A stretch of DNA of 32,000 nucleotides from Candidatus Thalassarchaeaceae archaeon (GTDB lineage Archaea > Thermoplasmatota > Poseidoniia > Poseidoniales > Thalassarchaeaceae). The position numbers and the translations under genes were made by a program. Positions 8,437 through 17,049 of the stretch are shown piece after piece; positions within the stretch are counted from its first letter, which is position 1, and each line of letters begins with the position of its first letter. Location of the stretch: positions 1,560,001-1,592,000 of the forward strand of contig JBJLBP010000001.1 in NCBI GenBank assembly GCA_045568075.1. The letters run 5' to 3'. The notes under the pieces are model-generated. The model made no database searches. It was not told the origin of the DNA and saw nothing but the letters and a program-made list of their open reading frames with translations.

Positions 8437-9420
8437 ATGACTATGGCCGCGAGTGACCCCAAGTCACGCGAACTCATCCAGACTGTGTCGCAGATATCCA
8501 ACGGCCTCATGGGAGAGGTAGCGAAGGTCATCATCGGAAAGCAGGAGAATCTGCGCCGTGTGACAATTGGAATTCTCTCAAATGCAAACATGCTAATCGA
8601 AGATTTCCCGGGCCTTGCCAAGACGCTAATGGCTAACACATTCGCTACCTCGCTCGGATGCAAATTCAAGCGTGTTCAATTCACCCCGGACCTGTTGCCC
8701 GCAGATATCATGGGGACATACATGTATGACCAACAAGCGGGCGAATTCAAGCTCCGACCTGGTCCTCTATTCACCAATGTGCTTCTCGCTGACGAGATTA
8801 ACCGTGCTCCGCCAAAGACGCAGGCGGCTCTTCTAGAGGCAATGGAAGAGAAGCAAGTTACAATTGAGGGTATTACCCACAAACTCCCAGCACCTTTCAT
8901 CACAATGGCAACTCAAAACCCAATCGAGCAAGAGGGAACTTACCCACTGCCCGAGGCGCAAATGGACCGATTCATGATGAAGATGTCAATGGGTTACCCG
9001 GACCGCCAAGAGGAGAAGTCCATCCTACAGCGAAGGAAGCTCCGAGGAAAGGACGACTACGATATCGAGAAGATCACTTCTCCAAAGAAGGTGGTTGCTA
9101 TGCAGAAGGCGCTAGAGACTGTTCACGTCGACACTGCTATTCTTTCCTACATCGTAGAATTAGTTCACCGCACTCGTGAAGATCACCGCGTAATTACCGG
9201 AGCATCACCTCGTGCTAGCCAATCACTGTTCAAGACCGCTCGTGCAAGCGCAGCAATCGATGGTCGCGACTACGTTATTCCAGACGATATCAAGGCCGTC
9301 GCACTTCAGGTGGTCAGTCACAGAATCCTTCTCAAGCCTGAGTCAAAGATTCGCGGTGTTACTGGTCAGCACATTATGAGGAAGATTCTCTCTGAAGTCC
9401 CAGTTCCTGTAATCCAGTAA
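8437..9420 (+). CDS. moxR: MoxR-family AAA+ ATPase
   Basis: Walker A LIEDFPGLAKT and Walker B region LLADEINRAPPKTQAALLEAMEE. The track ORF opens at 8377. ATG 8437 or 8443 gives the usual N-terminal length of about 30 aa. Confidence 0.88.
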   Translation: MTMAASDPKSRELIQTVSQISNGLMGEVAKVIIGKQENLRRVTIGILSNANMLIEDFPGLAKTLMANTFATSLGCKFKRVQFTPDLLPADIMGTYMYDQQAGEFKLRPGPLFTNVLLADEINRAPPKTQAALLEAMEEKQVTIEGITHKLPAPFITMATQNPIEQEGTYPLPEAQMDRFMMKMSMGYPDRQEEKSILQRRKLRGKDDYDIEKITSPKKVVAMQKALETVHVDTAILSYIVELVHRTREDHRVITGASPRASQSLFKTARASAAIDGRDYVIPDDIKAVALQVVSHRILLKPESKIRGVTGQHIMRKILSEVPVPVIQ

Positions 9421-9471
9421 TCGACAAATCGTCGCCTGTGATTATGAACTCCTGAGGCTTCGCTTCGTCAG

Positions 9472-10140
9472 ATGGGCCTCATGGAGTTTCTTCGTCCGGC
9501 GAAGAACGTCCCAACGACTTGGTGGAGCGCCGAAGATGCTTGGACTGTAAAACCAAGATTTTCGACTCTATTCATCCTAATCATCGGATTGATTGTATTC
9601 GGTGCAGGAGATGCGATAATTATCGCTGCAGGAATAGGTAACACTCCTTGGACAGTATTAGCCGAAGGAATTGCAGTTAATCTAGACTGGACAATTGGAA
9701 AAGCAACTTTCTTAGTTAGCGTACTCGTGCTCTTATTTTGGATTCCACTAAAGGAAAAACCAGGTATTGGAACCGTCCTTAACGCAATTCTAATTGCAGC
9801 AACAATAGAGGTATTGCTCCCTGAATTACATACCCCTGATGATTTGATTATGCAACTCTTACAGGTTGTAATCGGAGTTATTCTAGTCGGCATTGGTAGC
9901 GGGTTGTATCTGACAGCAAATCTAGGCCCAGGTCCACGAGATGGAACAATGACTGGACTGAATAAAGTCACAGGAATCTCGATTGGTCGGGTTCGCGGAG
10001 GAGTTGAAATTAGTGTACTAGCGATTGGTTGGGCGATGGGAGGAACATTTTGGATTGGCACAATTATATTCGCAATTCTGATTGGTCCGTGCGTTGCGAT
10101 CTGTCTGAATATCGCTAGTAGGTTCGGATCTAACGACTAG
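9472..10140 (+). CDS. YczE/YitT-like polytopic membrane protein
   Basis: 222 aa with about 6 TM helices. Half-motifs GIGNTPWTVL and ANLGPGPRDGTMTGL are recalled from the YczE-type family. The family call is from memory only. Confidence 0.6.
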   Translation: MGLMEFLRPAKNVPTTWWSAEDAWTVKPRFSTLFILIIGLIVFGAGDAIIIAAGIGNTPWTVLAEGIAVNLDWTIGKATFLVSVLVLLFWIPLKEKPGIGTVLNAILIAATIEVLLPELHTPDDLIMQLLQVVIGVILVGIGSGLYLTANLGPGPRDGTMTGLNKVTGISIGRVRGGVEISVLAIGWAMGGTFWIGTIIFAILIGPCVAICLNIASRFGSND

Positions 10141-10251
10141 AATCAATCCGAATACTGGTCATCTTCGGATAGAGACGGCCATTCATCCACCTCCGACAGC
10201 ACGATACGCCGCCAGCGTTCGAGCAGGATTGGTGATCTCATCGGTCCAGTT

Positions 10252-11142
10252 GTGATAGCGGTCACAAATCACAAAGGTGGTTGTGGCAAGACGACAACTG
10301 CTGTGAATTTGGCTTCTGCGCTCGCAGTTGGGAATGAAGAATTTGGTATTGCTGGACGGCGAGTGCTATTGATTGATCTTGATCCAAAGGGAAATATCGC
10401 GACGACTTTTGGAATCGACAAGAAGAAACTCGGGTCGACGATGAATGATTTGTTCAAGGCGGGAATCGACGGCCCGAGCGTCCGTTTTGCTGATTGTTTG
10501 ATCGGCCCTGAAGCATTGACTGAGTCGATGAAAGAGGCTAATCGGCGGCAGAATCCTGAGCGAAAACGCGGACCGCCGAAAGGGCTAGCAGTGGAAAATC
10601 TCTGGTTACTACCAGCCGACCTCGACCTCGCGGGTATCGAGATTGATTTGGCAACACGAATTGGTCGAGAGAATCGTTTGCGAAATGCGATGCAAGGTGC
10701 AATCGGTCATTTTGACGTGGTGATTATCGATACGCCGGCTTCTCTTGGGTTACTTACGGTGAATGCCCTAGCGGCTGCACAATGGGTGATGATTCCCGTG
10801 CAGGCCGAGTTCTACGCTCTAGAGAATATGAGCCAACTGATGAATACTGTACGTGATGTTCAGTCAGCGGTTAATCCAGGTCTGCGACTCTTTGGAATCG
10901 CTCTGACCATGGTTCAGCGGAGTCGCTTGTCCGAGACCGTCGCCGAGCAGGCTCGCAAGCACTTCGGCGACCGACTTTTCGAATCAGAGATCCCAAGGCT
11001 TGTCGCCATCGCTGAGGCTCCGCTCGATGGTGCACCAATTGTCATTGGCCAAAAACCAAACAAGTCAAATCCAGGGAGTAAGGCTTACTGGGATTTAGCC
11101 CTAGAGGTTTCAAACAGAATAAAACTAATTCAGACACAATGA
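10252..11142 (+). CDS. parA: ParA/Soj-family P-loop ATPase
   Basis: Deviant Walker A KGGCGKTTTAVNLA, LLIDLDPKGN and VVIIDTPAS. GTG start. No parB-like gene is adjacent. Confidence 0.85.
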   Translation: MIAVTNHKGGCGKTTTAVNLASALAVGNEEFGIAGRRVLLIDLDPKGNIATTFGIDKKKLGSTMNDLFKAGIDGPSVRFADCLIGPEALTESMKEANRRQNPERKRGPPKGLAVENLWLLPADLDLAGIEIDLATRIGRENRLRNAMQGAIGHFDVVIIDTPASLGLLTVNALAAAQWVMIPVQAEFYALENMSQLMNTVRDVQSAVNPGLRLFGIALTMVQRSRLSETVAEQARKHFGDRLFESEIPRLVAIAEAPLDGAPIVIGQKPNKSNPGSKAYWDLALEVSNRIKLIQTQ

Positions 11143-11152
11143 GGAAACTTAC

Positions 11153-13345
11153 TCAACTTCTTTTTGAAATTATTCTAAATACGACAGTTGCTGTGAAAAT
11201 AATCATTGCAAAAATCAAGGCAATTGGAAGTAATGACCGGGAGTGTTTACTGGAATCGAGAGGATAGTAATCACCTTCATCAGACCAACCGTCTAAATCT
11301 GAATCGACGCAGCCTTTTCTGTCTTGAGTAGAGCTACCATAGATATCTGGGCAATCGTCAGACAAGTCTGTTCCAGTTTGGTCCCCGAATCCGTCTTTGT
11401 CTCTATCTGACCAAAGCAGTTCAGAAAATGGATGTGAATCTTCTAAATCAGACCATCCATCACCATCTGAATCGGGACATCCTAGGAAAGAAATTGTAGA
11501 GTTACCCCAAAGGTTCGGACAATCATCGGGCATAGATGCTGGAAATAGATTATCTCCAAAACCATCTAAGTCACTATCTAACCATTGAGTGGAATCTTCT
11601 TGAAATGCGTCACCAGCATCTGACCACCCGTCGTTGTCTCTATCTTCACAACCATAACGATCTTCTGTGCTAGAACCTGCTACTATCGGACAATCATCTG
11701 GTAAGTAAGCCGGTGATGGATTATCTCCAAAACCATCCAAATCCGAATCCTTCCACTGAGTATCTTGGATAGGAAAGGCATCCGCTCCATCCTCTACAGT
11801 CCAATTTATCGATGGATCTGAATATCCATCTTCATCTGCATCAGCACAACCCATTCTATCGAATTCAGAATAACCCTCTTCGAATGGGCAACTATCTGGA
11901 TTTACTCCAATCGAATTGTCTCCAAAACCATCATTGTCTGAATCTAACCACTGTGTTTCATCTGTCGGGAAATCATCTGCTGAATCCGCCCAACTGTCAG
12001 CATCTGAATCTAAACATCCTCGAAATCCTAATGTTGAGGAGCCTGCTATTTCTGGACAGTCATCCGATAGTTCCGAGCCTTTTTGATCCGCAAATCCATC
12101 CCCATCCATGTCAGACCACAGAAGACTGTTGGTTGGGTAAACATCGATACTATCTCTAACCTCATCAAAATCTGTGTCTTGGTATGTGTCCAATCTGATT
12201 ACACGATTTTTCTCCGAATCAACATACCACAGTTTTCCTTCGGGACCAATCTCAAGCCCCATGATTGAACCAGCATTTGTGTTCACAGTTCTGGAGTCTG
12301 TGAAATTTTTTCCATCTTCGTTTAGATTGAAACCTGTAATTTTTCCATTACCGTTTTGTGAAACAAACAAGACTCCTTGATGTAATTTTATTCCTGATGG
12401 AGATGACAGACCGGATGCTAAAATTCCCCAATCTACACTTGTCGCTCGATTATAGCCATCGAGAGGCTCCATTTGACTTTCTGCACCTCTTATGTCGCTA
12501 ATTGTAACATTTGGATCTTGTGTGTTTACCCACAGAACTCTCCCCCCACCGGTATCTGCAACATACAACATTCCAGTTCCTTTATTCATATCCAAATGAC
12601 CTGGCACACCGGGATTCCTAGTGAGTGAAATTTCGATGTATCTTGTTACAATTCCATCTGAGTGATCGTCTTCTCCAGTGTCATGATCTTGTTGAAAATC
12701 GTAGTGTACTAATTCCCCATAATAGCCATCGTTGTACCAGTACGCATTGTCTGAGTCGTGAGCTATCCCCATTCCTTGAGGACTTTCATGTAACATATCG
12801 ATATGGCTTCCCAACAAACCACCTTGTTCCTGATTCTCTTCTGCAAAATGACTTAGCGAAGACGGCCAAAGAGCGGGACCCATGAAATCATTTGGATTTG
12901 CCTGACCATCGTAGGTGTTCCTAGATTCTTGTGCGGTTGCAAATTGGTAATCAAATTCCTCATGGTATTCTCCAAACGCAATCGCGCTTACCTCCTCCAT
13001 GAAGTGGTTAGCATTGGAATCTTTCCTGTATTCAGTGACTTGATTTGATTGGCCTGCATTATGAATAATCGTGACGCTATCTGTTGCTCGGTTTACAACC
13101 CAAAGTTCGTTTTGTCGTGAGGAATTAGGGTGAAATTCTAGATCCCGAGGGACATCCAAGTTATCTTGTGAAGAAGCTATTTCGGTTTCGATAAAACCAG
13201 GACCAAATTGTGAAATGTATGTTTCTTTTTGAAAAATATTTTCTTCAGCCAAGGTTGGTGTAGATACCGTTCCAAGAACACTGATTACAAGTATCCCAAT
13301 TAGAGCAGTAGTTGCGAGTTGGGAACGATACTTGTTTTTCGCCAT
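11153..13345 (-). CDS. secreted, C-terminally TM-anchored surface protein: beta-propeller-like domain plus Ca-binding (thrombospondin-type-3-like) repeats
   Basis: 730 aa. Signal peptide (ALIGILVISVLGTVSTPTLA-EE), NHL/lactonase-like propeller region (ELWVVNRATDSVTII, MLYVADTGGGRVLWV, KLWYVDSEKNRVIRLD), five DxDxDG repeat modules, and a C-terminal TM helix with a basic tail (IISKRS). Confidence 0.7.
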   Translation of the reverse strand: MAKNKYRSQLATTALIGILVISVLGTVSTPTLAEENIFQKETYISQFGPGFIETEIASSQDNLDVPRDLEFHPNSSRQNELWVVNRATDSVTIIHNAGQSNQVTEYRKDSNANHFMEEVSAIAFGEYHEEFDYQFATAQESRNTYDGQANPNDFMGPALWPSSLSHFAEENQEQGGLLGSHIDMLHESPQGMGIAHDSDNAYWYNDGYYGELVHYDFQQDHDTGEDDHSDGIVTRYIEISLTRNPGVPGHLDMNKGTGMLYVADTGGGRVLWVNTQDPNVTISDIRGAESQMEPLDGYNRATSVDWGILASGLSSPSGIKLHQGVLFVSQNGNGKITGFNLNEDGKNFTDSRTVNTNAGSIMGLEIGPEGKLWYVDSEKNRVIRLDTYQDTDFDEVRDSIDVYPTNSLLWSDMDGDGFADQKGSELSDDCPEIAGSSTLGFRGCLDSDADSWADSADDFPTDETQWLDSDNDGFGDNSIGVNPDSCPFEEGYSEFDRMGCADADEDGYSDPSINWTVEDGADAFPIQDTQWKDSDLDGFGDNPSPAYLPDDCPIVAGSSTEDRYGCEDRDNDGWSDAGDAFQEDSTQWLDSDLDGFGDNLFPASMPDDCPNLWGNSTISFLGCPDSDGDGWSDLEDSHPFSELLWSDRDKDGFGDQTGTDLSDDCPDIYGSSTQDRKGCVDSDLDGWSDEGDYYPLDSSKHSRSLLPIALIFAMIIFTATVVFRIISKRS
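11255..12145 (-). repeat. five tandem modules of about 57-65 aa (protein-level repeat) inside the surface protein gene
   Basis: The recurring unit is FPxDxxQWxDSDxDGFGDN...DDCPxxxGSSTxxRxGCxDxDxDGWSD. Modules start near residues 403, 459, 524, 581 and 639. The repeats are degenerate at the DNA level. Confidence 0.6.
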
Positions 13346-13406
13346 ATGTAATCGACTGATTCATTCTATATGGTGACTATGTATCTATTCTTCATAACAA
13401 ATCAGC

Positions 13407-14519
13407 TCAGATATCAATTCCTGTTAGGGCTTCGATACCCAACTCTGTAATCGAGAGAGAGACCTTCAATCCGAAGCGCCTTCTCTCGACCATCTCCCAG
13501 TCAATTAGCGAACGGACATGGTAGGAGAGGACTTGGGGTGATATCCCAATATCTCTAGCCAATTCAGACCCACTCGGTCCTGCTAAATCCATCAAATCGG
13601 CCTGATTTAGGTGCATGAGAATTGAGCGTTTAATCGAATTCTTACTGAAATTAATATCAAGAAGAGGGCTTGAGAAAGAAGAGGCTGTAGGAACTGAATC
13701 CGCAAAGAAAATCAGCAATCTTCCATCTCTTCGAGACCAAATTCTACCTTCTTTTTCCAATCTGTCCAAATGATATGTGGCTTGGTTATTGCCTAGATCT
13801 GAGAGCCTTGTGAGAGCTGAAAGATGGATACCCGGGTTGCTCTCAATATATCCATACAAGCGCCCCCTCTGGAACTCTCCGTCTTTGGTTTTGCGAACAA
13901 CTCCGAACATCAGAAGTAGACTCAACCAAGCCTTGCGTGATACGGTCCATCTGACTGGTTCTACGGCATATACTGAACCGGCGGCAAGAATTGCCGCCGA
14001 GCCACCTACTGCAATCTGAATTGTGGCTGGTTTGAGTACAATCTCTTGCTGGATTGGGTCGTGTACAACCGGCAGAGGAATGGGTAGCACTTCGCACCTG
14101 CCGTCTCCATTCAAATCCAAAGGGATGCTACTGCTGTCGATGGGTGAGGTTTCACACAGGATTTCATCAAAATCACTCCATCCATCTTCATCGGTATCCT
14201 TGTCTAGAGTATCACAGATTCCGTCTCCATCCAAATCATTGGGCACTGAGTCAACCAAGAGTGGGTCAGACCCACAGATTTGCTCGATATGGTCCCACCA
14301 ACCATCGTTGTCATCATCCGCGTCAAGATGATCGCAGATTCCCGATGAATCGGTATCTTGTGGAACATCCTGCCAATTTTGTGGGTCGGTTCCACAGGAC
14401 TCTTCATGGTAATCTGTCCAACCATCGCCATCACTATCTCCATCTTCTGCTGAGACATTGAAGCTCGCCACGCTCAGCAATATCGCCAAGGTGAGCAGAA
14501 GCGAGGATAGACGACCCAT
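13407..14519 (-). CDS. membrane-anchored regulator: signal peptide, 3 extracellular Ca-binding-type repeats, TM segment, two cytoplasmic winged-helix HTH domains
   Basis: 370 aa. Signal peptide LAILLSVASFNVSA-ED. Repeats DSDGDGWTD..CGTDP..DTDSSGICD occur three times. TM segment IAVGGSAAILAAGSVYAV. wHTH 1 is LYGYIESNPGIHLSALTRLSDLGNNQATYHLDRLEKEGRIWSRRDGR and wHTH 2 is ILMHLNQ...GSELARDIGISPQVLSYHVRSLIDWEMVERRR. Confidence 0.65.
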   Translation of the reverse strand: MGRLSSLLLTLAILLSVASFNVSAEDGDSDGDGWTDYHEESCGTDPQNWQDVPQDTDSSGICDHLDADDDNDGWWDHIEQICGSDPLLVDSVPNDLDGDGICDTLDKDTDEDGWSDFDEILCETSPIDSSSIPLDLNGDGRCEVLPIPLPVVHDPIQQEIVLKPATIQIAVGGSAAILAAGSVYAVEPVRWTVSRKAWLSLLLMFGVVRKTKDGEFQRGRLYGYIESNPGIHLSALTRLSDLGNNQATYHLDRLEKEGRIWSRRDGRLLIFFADSVPTASSFSSPLLDINFSKNSIKRSILMHLNQADLMDLAGPSGSELARDIGISPQVLSYHVRSLIDWEMVERRRFGLKVSLSITELGIEALTGIDI

Positions 14520-14541
14520 GAGACATTCTCACGTTCCTAGT

Positions 14542-15708
14542 TCAAAGGTTGTTCTCACAAGTCTGCCCGTGATAGTATGCAGCTGTACCATCTGGACAGA
14601 TAGCCCAGTCCCAAGTGACACCTGTAATATCCGCAGGCCCGTATGATGGGTTTAGGTAGGCGAGATCTGCTCCAGTCAAATCAGCGCCTGTTAGATTGGC
14701 GCCTCTGAGATCTAAGTCATACATCATCGCATTTGTCAGATCGGCATATGAGAGATCGACACCCATCCAATTTCCTCCGCCATAAATCCATGCGCCTGAT
14801 AAGTTGGCACCGGACAAATCACTCCACCTGAATTCTGTGTAAGCCAAATTACTCTGAACCATTATTGCATCGCTGAAGTCACTGCTTCTCCATACGCCAT
14901 TATACATTGCAGCATGGGTAAAATCAGTACGATGGAATGTAGAAAACAAGCCGTCCGCACCCGCCAAATTAGCGTTAACGAAGCTAGCGTCGGAAAAGTT
15001 GGAATAACTCAAACTCGCATTCATCAAGTTTGCAAAATCAAAAATTGGTGGATCCATTTGTACCCCCAAACCATTATTGAAATTGAACAATTGCGCGCCT
15101 TGGAAATCGAGGTAAGAAAAATCATTCATTGCTCTAGTGTTATTCATCCTGTTCTCAAGGTCAGAAATTGAAGATTGAAGGCTTGATTGTAAAGATTGTA
15201 GTGACTGTTGTAATGCTGTAATCTGAGATTCAAAGTCACCATCTGATGTATTCTCATCATCTAACGCTTCAACGATTAGTGAAATCTGATTGATTGAATC
15301 TTGGCTGTTCTGCAGATTGGATTGCAGCGTGTTCAAGGAGGTTAGGAGATTGTTGATTGAGGCAGCATTTGTTGCATTGATTTCTTCCAATGATTGACTG
15401 TTTACAATCGCTGCTGCCTCCATGGCGGCCAGATAGCTCGATTCCAATTCAGTCAATGATTCCTGGTAATCAGATTCCAGTGTCTGAATCGCTTGCATAT
15501 TTGCGGATTCAATCTGCGAAATTGAAGCCAACAAATCGGAATTTGTTTGTTCTTGTTCTGCTAATACAAGTGTCAACTCCAGTTGTGATGTTTCTAACTC
15601 AGTGATTCGAGAATCATGATTGGTAGTTTGGGCATCATTCGAAGTTGTACATCCGGCAAGGCTAGAGGCGATTATTAGCAAGGCTAGAGTTGCTGCTTTG
15701 GTTTGCAT
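14542..15708 (-). CDS. lipobox-containing pentapeptide-repeat protein with N-terminal coiled-coil stalk
   Basis: 388 aa. Signal plus lipobox LIIASSLAGC. A Q/S/L/N-rich heptad region of about 170 aa (LQSLQSSLQSS). The C-terminal half is A(D/N)LxX pentapeptide repeats (GANLSGA, GANLTGADLTGADLAY). Confidence 0.75.
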   Translation of the reverse strand: MQTKAATLALLIIASSLAGCTTSNDAQTTNHDSRITELETSQLELTLVLAEQEQTNSDLLASISQIESANMQAIQTLESDYQESLTELESSYLAAMEAAAIVNSQSLEEINATNAASINNLLTSLNTLQSNLQNSQDSINQISLIVEALDDENTSDGDFESQITALQQSLQSLQSSLQSSISDLENRMNNTRAMNDFSYLDFQGAQLFNFNNGLGVQMDPPIFDFANLMNASLSYSNFSDASFVNANLAGADGLFSTFHRTDFTHAAMYNGVWRSSDFSDAIMVQSNLAYTEFRWSDLSGANLSGAWIYGGGNWMGVDLSYADLTNAMMYDLDLRGANLTGADLTGADLAYLNPSYGPADITGVTWDWAICPDGTAAYYHGQTCENNL

Positions 15709-15802
15709 GAATTGCCGATTGAGTTTCTAGACATAAGCAGATTGGGGGGGTTTCTTGATACAGATAATCACCATCTGTATTCTAAAATTAAAGATTTTTA
15801 AT

Positions 15803-16897
15803 TCAGTTAGAGCGCTCTAAGGCACTTTGACGAGCTTCGACAAGGATGGTTTCCCACTTCACCTTCAATTCTGACTCGAGTGCTTTCAGCATCTCCTTGA
15901 TTTCCTTCTTTGAGAGGCCTTCACGCTTGGAAAATTGTTTCTCTAAATTCTCAAGCAACTCTTTCTCACGCTTCTTGCGAGTCTCGGCTAGACGTTGTTC
16001 CATCTCGACCTCGCGCTCGAGTGCCATCTCCTGACGCTTGAGGACAAGCGCAGCATCCATGGTTTCGCGCTCGGCTGCAAACCAACGGTCCAACTCAGCC
16101 AACATGCCCGCCTCGGCCTCCTCCTCCAAGGACTTCAGACGAACGTCCACGTCTGCAATCATGCCCTTTTCGCGGGATTTTGATTCTGCTGTGATCTGTT
16201 TTTCGAGTTCTGCCTCGTGCTTTTTTCGAGCGGCGGCAAGCCGCTCGCGCATGCCGATTTCTTGCTCGAGACGATATGACTCGACTTTGCGATGGACCTT
16301 AGATTCCTCAGCCTCACGAAGGTCCATTTCGACTCGGCGCTCCATACGATCCATGTCCTGAGATGCTTCGAGTTCGAGCCGATCATTCAGGAAGGCTTTG
16401 CGTCGATCGAACTCGGTCTCCATTTCTCCCTTCAAGCGATCTCGAAGTTTCGAAGTGTGTTCCTCGATGCGCCGGTCGCGCTCAAGATCTAATTGCTCGC
16501 GAAGACGATTCTCCTCCCGGCGCAATCGGTGAAGCATTTCCTCTCGAAGAAGTCGCTCTTCCCGCTCCAACGCCTCGGTCTCTAAGCGCTCCATCTCAAC
16601 TTCTAGCTCAGCGCGCATATCTGCCTCGATACGATGGAGTTCCTCTTCGAAAAGGATGTCATTCGCTTTACGCAACGCGCCGCGCATTCCCTCGACGCGT
16701 TCGCCCATCTCAGCCACGCGTCGACGACGTTCGCGACGCATTGCAGACCGAAGTTTGCCTTCATCATCAAGCCGATCGCGAGCACGACCAAGAGTGTCAA
16801 TTGCAGAGGCTGCTGAACGTACATGGGCTTCGCGCAGAGCCGCTAGTTCGTCGACACCATCCGCGTCATTACCATTGGGTGACTTGCTCTCACTCAC
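15803..16897 (-). CDS. E/R-rich cytoplasmic coiled-coil protein, unknown function
   Basis: 364 aa, almost entirely charged heptad-like sequence (ELEVEMERLETEALEREERLLREEMLHRLRREENRLREQL). No TM helix or signal peptide. Antisense ORFs here are composition artefacts. Confidence 0.6.
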   Translation of the reverse strand: MSESKSPNGNDADGVDELAALREAHVRSAASAIDTLGRARDRLDDEGKLRSAMRRERRRRVAEMGERVEGMRGALRKANDILFEEELHRIEADMRAELEVEMERLETEALEREERLLREEMLHRLRREENRLREQLDLERDRRIEEHTSKLRDRLKGEMETEFDRRKAFLNDRLELEASQDMDRMERRVEMDLREAEESKVHRKVESYRLEQEIGMRERLAAARKKHEAELEKQITAESKSREKGMIADVDVRLKSLEEEAEAGMLAELDRWFAAERETMDAALVLKRQEMALEREVEMEQRLAETRKKREKELLENLEKQFSKREGLSKKEIKEMLKALESELKVKWETILVEARQSALERSN

Positions 16898-17049
16898 GGT
16901 CCCATCCCCATTTCGACGGTATCTGACCCCTATTTGAGAGCGCAGGGTTGTATTCAGCCGTAGGCTGTGATTTGACGAGACAAGTTGATTCTCCCAGTTT
17001 CACTTACTGGGAGGGAATCTCTCTCCCTCTCTCATAGGGCTTCAGGAAC

